Shown: piece by piece, positions 12,030 to 20,028 of the stretch | Numbering within the stretch: the first letter of the stretch is position 1 | Layout of the letters: each line of letters opens with the position of its first letter | Origin: an uncultured Gemmatimonadaceae bacterium | GTDB lineage: Bacteria; Gemmatimonadota; Gemmatimonadetes; Gemmatimonadales; Gemmatimonadaceae | Length of the DNA stretch: 64,000 nt | Assembly (NCBI GenBank): GCA_963781585.1 | Contig: CAWAGQ010000010.1 | Span: 32,001-96,000, forward strand | Direction of reading: 5' to 3' | Notes under the pieces: generated by a model | Told to the model about the DNA's origin: nothing | Database searches by the model: none | Seen by the model: the letters and a program-made list of their open reading frames with translations, nothing else | Made by a program: the position numbers and the translations under genes

Positions 12030-12060
12030 ATCCCCGACCCCGCTCGGCAGGGCCGGGGAT
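12030..12060. terminator. Imperfect hairpin between the 16S trailer and the convergent gene
   Basis: atccccgaccccgc-tcg-gcagggccggggat, two mismatches, 3 nt from the stop codon of the convergent CDS. Confidence 0.45.
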
Positions 12061-12063
12061 TCG

Positions 12064-14592
12064 CTACTTCACCATCACCGACGCGCTGCCGCTCCTCGCC
12101 CCGCAGGTCGCCGACACCGTCGCCCCACCCTTCGATATCCCCGTCACGGTGAGAGCGATCTCTCCGCTGCCGTCGGTCAGGCCCTGCACGGGCGTGACGA
12201 TGACCCGCAGGAGATTGCTCGATGCCATCGTGCACGGGCGCCCCGATAGCGGAGCCCCGCCGCCATCCGTCACCTGCACGGTCAGCGATCCCTTCTTCCC
12301 CACGCCCACGTTCAGCGTTGCGGGGACGATGGTCACGCGGCCGACCCCAGGCACCACCCGCATCACCACCGCGTCACTGATGCCTCCGCTCGTGGCCGTG
12401 ATGCTCACCGGGCCGGCGGACACGCCGGTCACCGTCACCGCCAGCTCGCCCGAGGAGTTCGAGGTGCCCGAATCCGGCGCGACCGACGCCAGCGAAGGAT
12501 CGCTGCTGACCACCCCCACGTGCTGGCCCGGAACCGGCTGGCCCCCGCCGTCGAGCAGCCTTATGGTGCCCCCGACCGTCCCCGGGATGATCACGGAATC
12601 GGCCGCCAGCGACAACGCCACGCTCGTCACCGTTGGTCCCACCGTCACCATCGACGTCCCATGCGAGGTGTCCACCTGCGCCGTAATCGTCGCCAGGCCG
12701 TTCCCCACCGCCGAGACCAGTCCGGCCGCGGACACGGTGGCAACCGTTCCATCCGAACTGGACCAGCTCGTGGCCCGGCCGCCTAACGCCGAACCGCTCA
12801 CTGCCAGCCCGCCCGAATCGCGCGGCGTCGCCGCCAGCGGCGCCGTCGCGGGCGCGACCAGGACGACCGTCGTCGGCATCACATCCACCGACACGATCGC
12901 CACCAGGTCCACCGTCACCGACGACTTCCCCGATATGCCCTCGCTGGTGGCGGTAATGGTCGCTGAGCCCGGCGCCACACCGGTGACCACACCGCTGCCC
13001 GCGTCCACCGCGGCCACCAACGGTGCCGACGAGGTCCAGACGATTGCCCGTCCGGTGATCACGCTGCCCGACGCATCCCGCGTCTCAGCGGCAAACCGTC
13101 GCGCATACGTCGAGCCGACGTGCACCGTCGCTGCCGACGGATGCACCAGTACCGACGCCACCGGCGCGGACGTGACGTTCAGAGCGCTCGATCCACTCGG
13201 CGTCGTGCCGCCGATGCCCCCGCCCGGAGACGACGCGCTGATCGTCGCCTGACCAGCCGAGATGCCGGTCACCAGGCCGCTCTGCGAGACCGACGCCACC
13301 GAGCCGGCGTTCGACGCCCAGACAATGGTCCGACCCGTGAGCACGCTGCCCCGCGCGTCACGTGCGGTCGCGGTGAGCTGAACGGTTCGCTTCTCCTCCA
13401 CCGTGGCCGGGGACGGAGTGACCTCCAGCGTTGCGATCGGCGCGAGCGCCACCGTGACCACAGTCGTGCCGATGACCATGCCATCGGTGGCCGTCACCGT
13501 GACGGTGCCGACGGCAACCGCGGAAAGCACTCCGGCTCCGCTGACCGTGGCAACGTTCACGTCGCCGGTGGCCCACGAGATCGAATCGCCCGTGATCACG
13601 TTCCCCTGTGCGTCGCGCACGGTCGCCAACATCGGCAGAGTCTCTCCGACCGTGAGCGCGGGCGACGCCGGCGTGACCTGCAGCGTGACGGCCACTCCAG
13701 GGGTGACTGTCACTTCGGACGTGCCGCTCACGCCGCCCGACGTGGCGGTGATCGTCGCGCTTCCCGGGCTCACGCTCTGTACACGTCCGCTGCTCGAGAC
13801 CACGGCGACACTCTGGTCGCTCGAGCTCCACACCACCAGGCGCCCGGCAAGCGGATTGCCGTCGCGGTCGCTGATGATCGTGGCGAGCTGCACGAAGCCG
13901 CCGGAGGGGAGCCTTGCGGTCGGAGGCGTCACCACCACCGACGATACCGGAACCAGAACGACAGTCACGAGCGCAGTCCCGATCACGCCGCCCGCCGCCG
14001 CGCGGATGAGCGTCGCGCCCGGGGCGACGCCCGTCACAACGCCGGACGCGCTCACCGTCGCTATCGCGGGATCAGCAGAAGTCCAGTCGATGACGATGCC
14101 AGCGAGCGGGTTACCGTCGGCGTCACGGGCCTCCGCACCGAACGGAACGGTCCTGCCCACTTCCACGTCTGATTGCGGCGGTGCGACCGCGACGTGAGCC
14201 ACCGGGCGGGGGGTGACGGTGACGACGGCGATTCCCGACGTCCCCCTGAGTGAGGCAGCGATCTGCGTCGTCCCCGGCGCCAGCCCCGTCACCACCCCCG
14301 ACCGGCTGATGCTCGCGATGGTGGTGTTTTCCACGGACCAGAACGCGCTCCGCGCTTCCACGTCGTTCCCGTCCTGGTTGAACGTGAAGGCCGACAGCGT
14401 CGCGGTCCCTCCGATCGTGACCGTCACCCGGTCCGGGCGCACTTCAAGCAGCCCAGTCACGTTGGCAGCGGTAGGGGACGCCGCCTCCTGGCAGGAGAAC
14501 GCCGATCCCACGATCGTTGCGACCGCGAGCAGGCGCCACGGCCCATTCCGGGGGACGCCCTTACGCGCCTGTCGTCGCGCGCCCATCACCAT
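12064..14592 (-). CDS. Lipoprotein with about 9 tandem bacterial Ig-like (Big_2-type) domains
   Basis: Lipobox-like IVGSAFS-C; repeats of W.S.d..vAtV...G.VTGV.PG.a.I.A. Start chosen at ATG 14592 (14586 also possible). Confidence 0.85.
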   Translation of the reverse strand: MVMGARRQARKGVPRNGPWRLLAVATIVGSAFSCQEAASPTAANVTGLLEVRPDRVTVTIGGTATLSAFTFNQDGNDVEARSAFWSVENTTIASISRSGVVTGLAPGTTQIAASLRGTSGIAVVTVTPRPVAHVAVAPPQSDVEVGRTVPFGAEARDADGNPLAGIVIDWTSADPAIATVSASGVVTGVAPGATLIRAAAGGVIGTALVTVVLVPVSSVVVTPPTARLPSGGFVQLATIISDRDGNPLAGRLVVWSSSDQSVAVVSSSGRVQSVSPGSATITATSGGVSGTSEVTVTPGVAVTLQVTPASPALTVGETLPMLATVRDAQGNVITGDSISWATGDVNVATVSGAGVLSAVAVGTVTVTATDGMVIGTTVVTVALAPIATLEVTPSPATVEEKRTVQLTATARDARGSVLTGRTIVWASNAGSVASVSQSGLVTGISAGQATISASSPGGGIGGTTPSGSSALNVTSAPVASVLVHPSAATVHVGSTYARRFAAETRDASGSVITGRAIVWTSSAPLVAAVDAGSGVVTGVAPGSATITATSEGISGKSSVTVDLVAIVSVDVMPTTVVLVAPATAPLAATPRDSGGLAVSGSALGGRATSWSSSDGTVATVSAAGLVSAVGNGLATITAQVDTSHGTSMVTVGPTVTSVALSLAADSVIIPGTVGGTIRLLDGGGQPVPGQHVGVVSSDPSLASVAPDSGTSNSSGELAVTVTGVSAGPVSITATSGGISDAVVMRVVPGVGRVTIVPATLNVGVGKKGSLTVQVTDGGGAPLSGRPCTMASSNLLRVIVTPVQGLTDGSGEIALTVTGISKGGATVSATCGARSGSASVMVK

Positions 14593-14892
14593 GCCTGAAG
14601 ATCCGCACGCTGCGAAATCCTGCTGTGCCGGACCGGTGTGCGGTCCCCCGGTCGCGGCTGGACCTTGGAATATCCGCGCTCCACATCGTGGCGCAATGTC
14701 TGCGCCTGCCCGCTGCCGGCCGCCGTGAGCGGCGACACATGCTCGCCGTCGGGAGGGCGAGCTCACCTCCGGCCCGCCGCAGGCGGTCTCATGCGACCCG
14801 ACTCACTCGTACCGGCGTGGCGGAAACCTGCCTCCGTGCTCGACTTCGCCTCCGGTTGGTCCGCTCACGCTCCGAACGCGATCGCGAGTCCA

Positions 14893-16110
14893 TCACGGGC
14901 GATCCGCAGACGCACCGAACGACACCAAGAGCCCCAGTCCCACCCGCCGACCTGGCACAACGAGCACGATGGGTACCGGCCCGCCATCGCTGCGCGGCAG
15001 CGCCAGTGCCACCTGTGCGGCGCTCCCGCTCCGCGACGGCTGACCCGGCGAGGTGTCGATGATCGCCTCTGCGCGCGCGCGCGTCCCTCTCGCGTAGGCC
15101 ATGGCTTCGATGGACGCTCCCAGCCAGAGCGCGCCCGCGCCGGCGGCGCCGACCACGAAGTGCGGTCGCTCCGTCCGGGGAATCGAGTCGGAGTACGGGT
15201 TCCCGAACGGATCCGTGAATTGCTGGACTCGAATCGTCTCCTGGGAGAGAAAACCGTAGTAGACCGCGCCGGCCACGGCACCGAGCACCGCCAGTCCGAG
15301 CAGCGGACGGCCGGTGTTCATCTGCCCCAACCCGGGCACGATCCCCGAGAGGAGCGCGCGACCGGGACTGTAGACGCGATCCTGGAGACGCGCCGAAGCC
15401 GTCCGGATCGCAGCGCGGTCGGTGGCCGCGGGGGCGAGGTCGAGGTACTTCTCGAAGTCCCCGATGGCGGCCGCGCGCTCTCCTCGGGCGGCGCGGGCGA
15501 GGCCGCGGTTGTAGTACGCCTCGCCCGCAGTGGGGAGCTGGGTGGCGACGGCCCCGAAAACGGCTTCGGCGGCGGCGAACTGGCGCCGCTCGAGCAGGGC
15601 CACGCCGGAACGGAAGTTCGCCCGGGCTTCGTCCACCCGTGCCAGCTCCGAGGCCGGCACCAGCCGCACGACCCGGCCCCGGACCTCGTCTCCGTCCGGC
15701 GCGTTAGGCGAGAGCGTCAGGTAGCGGCAGTATTCGCGCACCGCGGCAGTGGCCGAATCGAGCGCCTCGTATTCGCGCCCGAGGTAGTACGCGACCCGCG
15801 CGTTCGACGGCGCCCGTAGCGCCGCCTTGAAGAATGCGTCGCGTGCCGCGGCGTGCTCCCCCTGCAGCGCCGCTTCCTGGCCGTCGGCGATGAGCTGACG
15901 TGCCTCCGCGTCGTCCCCGGACCCCGTACCGATCGGTGCCCCCGGGGTCGTGGGCAAGTACCTGGTGCATCCGGAGGCTCCGCTGGACGCGAGCGTCGGC
16001 TTCGGGGCAAGGCGCTGGGCGTCGGCGCGACCCGCGACCGCGGCCAGTGGCATCGCTATCGCGGCCAGGACCAGTGCGCGTCGAAGAATGAATCCCGCCA
16101 CCGGATGCAC
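14893..16110 (-). CDS. Exported tetratricopeptide-repeat protein with a C-terminal hydrophobic (DUF5683-like) region
   Basis: Signal peptide ending ADA-Q; TPR patterns (AYYLGREYEAL...YLTLSP, AYYNRGLARAARG...FEKYLDLAP); SPGRALLSGIVPGLGQM motif followed by hydrophobic segments. Confidence 0.78.
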   Translation of the reverse strand: MHPVAGFILRRALVLAAIAMPLAAVAGRADAQRLAPKPTLASSGASGCTRYLPTTPGAPIGTGSGDDAEARQLIADGQEAALQGEHAAARDAFFKAALRAPSNARVAYYLGREYEALDSATAAVREYCRYLTLSPNAPDGDEVRGRVVRLVPASELARVDEARANFRSGVALLERRQFAAAEAVFGAVATQLPTAGEAYYNRGLARAARGERAAAIGDFEKYLDLAPAATDRAAIRTASARLQDRVYSPGRALLSGIVPGLGQMNTGRPLLGLAVLGAVAGAVYYGFLSQETIRVQQFTDPFGNPYSDSIPRTERPHFVVGAAGAGALWLGASIEAMAYARGTRARAEAIIDTSPGQPSRSGSAAQVALALPRSDGGPVPIVLVVPGRRVGLGLLVSFGASADRP

Positions 16111-16120
16111 GTGGTCGCTC

Positions 16121-19100
16121 CTAGTTCACGGTGATGGACGAGGTCGCCACCTTCCCCTCGCACGTCACGGTAATGGTCGCTGTTCCGGTGGCCACCGGTG
16201 TAACGGTCAGTACGATCTGACCAAGGGGATCCGTGTTGCCGGATGTCGGCGCCACCGTCGCTACGTTGGTGTCGCTGGACATGACCGTGCAAGCCCGCCC
16301 AGCCAGCGCCGCGTGTGAAGCGTCTTCGACGTTCGCCGTCAGCGAGGCAGCCGTGGGTACCGTCAAGGGGGGAACCGGGTCCGGCGTGATGAAGACGGTG
16401 TCGACTGCAGCCAGCACGCGCACCACGACCACTCCCACCTGTCCCTCGCTGGTGGCCGAAATCGTGCTGTTCCCGGCCGAGACGCCCGTGATCAGCCCGG
16501 TGGACGGGTCCACCGTCGCCACCGATGGATCGCTCGACGCCCAGATGATCGGGCGTCCGGTGAGGGTGTTGTTGGCGGCATCTTTGAGCGTCGCCGTGGC
16601 CTGCAGCGAGGTGGTGCCGAGAATTGAATCGCCCGGAGTCGTGACCGTTACCGTACTGACGTGAGCCAGCACCCGAACGTCGTAGGCGCCGATCTTCGTT
16701 TCGCTCGTCGCCGTGATTGTCACCGTGCCGCTCGACACGCCGGTGATCAATCCGGTCAACGGATCGACCGTTGCCAGAGATGGATCCCCTGAAGCCCAGG
16801 TGACCGGCCTGCCGGTCAGTGTGTTGTTGCTCGCGTCCTTGAGCGTTGCGGTGGCCTGCAGCGTCCCCGTGCCGAGGATCGAGTCTCCCGCGGCAGTCAC
16901 GGTCACCGTGTTCACCGGCGCCAGCATGTGCACGGGCAAGCTCCCCACGATGCCCGCGCTGGTGGCGGTGATGTTCACGTTCCCCGGCGCAACGCCGGTG
17001 ATGGTGATGGCGACCTGACCTGAGCCGTTCGAGGTCGCGCTCCCCGGAGCGACCGTGGCCACGGACGGGTTGCTCGAGGCGATGGTGACGGTGCGTCCCG
17101 GGATTGGGGTGCTCGTGGCATCGCGCACGGTCGCTGTCGCCGATAGCGTCCCGGTGCCGACGATCAAGGTGTCGACTGGCGCGGTCACCGGCACCGAGCC
17201 CACCGCGGCGAGCACGTGGACCACCAGGTTGTCGCTCTTCCCTTCAACGGTCGCCGTGATCGTGGCAGTCCCGGGTGACACGCCGGTGATGAGCCCCGAC
17301 GCCGAATTGACCGTGGCGACGGGAGTCGCATTGCTGGACCATGTGATCGGGCGCCCGGTAAGGAGGTTGTTGCCCGCGTCGCGAAGCGTCGCCGCAGCCT
17401 GCAGCGTCGCCGTGCCGATGATCGAATCCGCCGGTGCGGTCACCGAAACGGAATTCACCGACGCCAGCATCCGGACCGGGAGCGTGCCGCTCACGCCGCT
17501 GCTGGTGGCGGTGATGGTGGCCGTCCCGGGCGACACGCTCGTTACGCTGATCGGCACGTTGCCCCCAGCGCCGGACGTGGCGTTTGAAGGACTCACGGTG
17601 GCTACCCCGATGTTGTTCGAGGAGATCGTGACCGTGCGTCCGGGAAGTGGGTTGTTGTTGGTGTCGCGCACCCTGGCGTTGGCCGACAGCGACCCGGCGC
17701 CAATCAGCGAGTCGGGGTTGGCCGTCACCTGCACCGAGCCCACGCCCGTGACCACGCGAATGCTCTTCGTTCCCTGTTTCGACTCGCTGGTGGCGGTGAT
17801 GGTCGTGGTACCGTCCGCGACACCGGTGATAAGCCCGGTGGACGCGTTCACCGTTGCCACCGATGGACTGCTGCTGGTCCACGCGATCGGGCGTCCGGTA
17901 AGAATGACGCTGCCGGCGTCCCTGAGCGTCGCCGTCGCCTGCAGCGTGGAGGTGCCGACGATGGAATCACTGGGCGCCGTCACGGTCACCGTGCTCACCG
18001 GATTCAGCATCCGCAGCGCAGTCGACCCGCTGTGTCCGCCGCTGCTCGCGTTGATGGTCGCCGAGCCCGCAGCGACACCCGTGACGGTGATGGCGACGGT
18101 CCCCGTCGCACTGGTTGTCGCCGAGAGGGGCGCCACGGTTGCGACCGCGGGATTCGACGAGGAGATGGCCACCGAACGGCCAGGGAGCGGGTTCGAGCCC
18201 GCGTCGCGGACGGTGATGGTGCCCGACACGGTGCCGGGGAGGATCAACGAGTCAGGCGCCACGGCAACGACCACCGATCCCGTACCGGCCAGCACCGTGA
18301 TGTCCGACGTGGCACTCTTGCCGGCGACCGTCGCGGTGATGGTGGCCGATCCCAGCGCAACCGCGGTCACCAGTCCGGTCTGACTGATGGTGGCGGCGGC
18401 CGCATTGCTGGTGTTCCAGGACGTGGATCGGCCGCCTAACGCCACTCCGGCGATCGCGCCGCCGGAGGAATCGCGCGCCGTGACGATCAGCTGCTGGGTC
18501 CCCGGCGGGACCAGCGTCGCCGTCGGCGGCGACAGATCGACGCGCTCGATCGGCACCAGGTCGATCGTCGCGCTCGCGGTGCCCAGGATTCCCTCACTCA
18601 GCGCCCGAATCTGGGTCACCCCCGGCGCCACGCCGGTGACCACGCCGGCCAACGCGTCGACGCTGGCGGCCGCAGGATTCGAGGACGACCACAACACGGT
18701 CCGCCCGGTGAGTTCGTGACCGAGCGCGTCCTTCATGGTGGCGGTGAATCGCACCCCATACGTCGCACCGACGTGCACCGTCGCCGGATCGGGCGTCACC
18801 ACCACTGATGCCACGGGCGCGTTGGACACCGACAGGCTCGCCGTGCCCTCGACGCTCCCGGGAGGGGGCGCACCGGGTGTGGTCACTGTGGCCGTGATGA
18901 TGGCGCTGCCCACCGCCACGCCGGTCGCGACGCCGCTCGCGCCGTCGATCGTGGCCACCGTAGGATCGCTGCTCGACCACACTACCGTGCGGCCGCTCAC
19001 CGTGAGCGGCACACCACCGGCATCGAACAGGTTGACGCCGAAGTTGGTCGTCTCGTTCACCCGGATCGACGCGGTCGAGGGCACGACATTCATGGTGGCG

Positions 19101-20014
19101 ACCGGCACGAGGCCCACCGTCACAGTGGCCGTGCCCTTGGGTGTCGATCCTCCCGGGCCGCTCTCCGGTGACGACGCGGTGACGGTGGCGGTGCCCGGAC
19201 TGACCCCGGTCACTACCCCCTGCTGCGAGACTGCCGCGATCGCGTCATTGCTCGACGACCAGACGATCGTACGTCCGGTGAGCGCATTGCCGTCGGCGTC
19301 CGCAGCGGTGGCGGTGAGCGGTTGCGTGCGCCCCACCTGGACGCTGACGCTGGGTGGCGCGATCATGATGGTGGCCACGGGGACTGGTACGACGGTCACG
19401 ATGGCGGTCCCCTGGACCGCGTCGACTGTGGCGTGGATGGTGGCCGCTCCGGGCGCGACGCCGCTCACGATCCCGTTTTCGTTCACCGTGGCGACGGACG
19501 GATCGCTCGACGACCAGACCGCCGTCCGCCCGCTGATCTGGCCGCCACCCGCGTCCAGAACCTCCAGAACCAGCTCCTTGCTGCTCCCGACTTCGACGCT
19601 GGTGGCCGACGGAGTCAAACGTACGATCGCCACCGGCGGATTCGTGACCGTGACCGCCACGAACGCCGGCACGCCCCGACTCGATGCGGCGATCTGGGTC
19701 GCGCCGGGTGACACCGCCGTCACCACGCCCGCCTGGCTCACGGTTGCGATGGCGCGATTCTGCGACGACCAGAATACACGGGCCACGATCTCCTGACCGG
19801 CATCATCGAACACGTGCGCCGCCACCGGCGCGTTCGCGCCGGCCGCGAGGTTCAGCACCTGCGGGTCGACGCCCACCCGACTCACCTTTTCCTCGCGCGG
19901 CGACAGCGGATTGTCGCACGAGATCAGGAGCGCGGCGTAGGCCAGCGCGAGTGGCAGGCGTCGCGCGCGTCCCGTTCGACTGGTTTCCGACACGCCCGAC
20001 TGCACCGACCGCAC
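16121..20014 (-). CDS. Large lipoprotein with about 14 tandem bacterial Ig-like domains
   Basis: Lipobox ALLIS-C; Thr/Val/Ser/Gly-rich ~85-90 aa repeats (VWSSSDPSVATV...GIVSGVAPG). Confidence 0.9.
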   Translation of the reverse strand: MRSVQSGVSETSRTGRARRLPLALAYAALLISCDNPLSPREEKVSRVGVDPQVLNLAAGANAPVAAHVFDDAGQEIVARVFWSSQNRAIATVSQAGVVTAVSPGATQIAASSRGVPAFVAVTVTNPPVAIVRLTPSATSVEVGSSKELVLEVLDAGGGQISGRTAVWSSSDPSVATVNENGIVSGVAPGAATIHATVDAVQGTAIVTVVPVPVATIMIAPPSVSVQVGRTQPLTATAADADGNALTGRTIVWSSSNDAIAAVSQQGVVTGVSPGTATVTASSPESGPGGSTPKGTATVTVGLVPVATMNVVPSTASIRVNETTNFGVNLFDAGGVPLTVSGRTVVWSSSDPTVATIDGASGVATGVAVGSAIITATVTTPGAPPPGSVEGTASLSVSNAPVASVVVTPDPATVHVGATYGVRFTATMKDALGHELTGRTVLWSSSNPAAASVDALAGVVTGVAPGVTQIRALSEGILGTASATIDLVPIERVDLSPPTATLVPPGTQQLIVTARDSSGGAIAGVALGGRSTSWNTSNAAAATISQTGLVTAVALGSATITATVAGKSATSDITVLAGTGSVVVAVAPDSLILPGTVSGTITVRDAGSNPLPGRSVAISSSNPAVATVAPLSATTSATGTVAITVTGVAAGSATINASSGGHSGSTALRMLNPVSTVTVTAPSDSIVGTSTLQATATLRDAGSVILTGRPIAWTSSSPSVATVNASTGLITGVADGTTTITATSESKQGTKSIRVVTGVGSVQVTANPDSLIGAGSLSANARVRDTNNNPLPGRTVTISSNNIGVATVSPSNATSGAGGNVPISVTSVSPGTATITATSSGVSGTLPVRMLASVNSVSVTAPADSIIGTATLQAAATLRDAGNNLLTGRPITWSSNATPVATVNSASGLITGVSPGTATITATVEGKSDNLVVHVLAAVGSVPVTAPVDTLIVGTGTLSATATVRDATSTPIPGRTVTIASSNPSVATVAPGSATSNGSGQVAITITGVAPGNVNITATSAGIVGSLPVHMLAPVNTVTVTAAGDSILGTGTLQATATLKDASNNTLTGRPVTWASGDPSLATVDPLTGLITGVSSGTVTITATSETKIGAYDVRVLAHVSTVTVTTPGDSILGTTSLQATATLKDAANNTLTGRPIIWASSDPSVATVDPSTGLITGVSAGNSTISATSEGQVGVVVVRVLAAVDTVFITPDPVPPLTVPTAASLTANVEDASHAALAGRACTVMSSDTNVATVAPTSGNTDPLGQIVLTVTPVATGTATITVTCEGKVATSSITVN

Positions 20015-20028
20015 CGACCGCGCCGGAC

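Noticed and set aside
12015..12030. TGCTACTTTA as a relic ITS boxA
   Set aside because: The match is short and gapped, so chance cannot be excluded.
11957..19796. Long plus-strand Thr/Val/Pro-rich ORFs (e.g. 11957-13252, 17055-18383, 18735-19796)
   Set aside because: Antisense shadows of the Ig-repeat genes, a typical high-GC codon-symmetry effect; no motifs.
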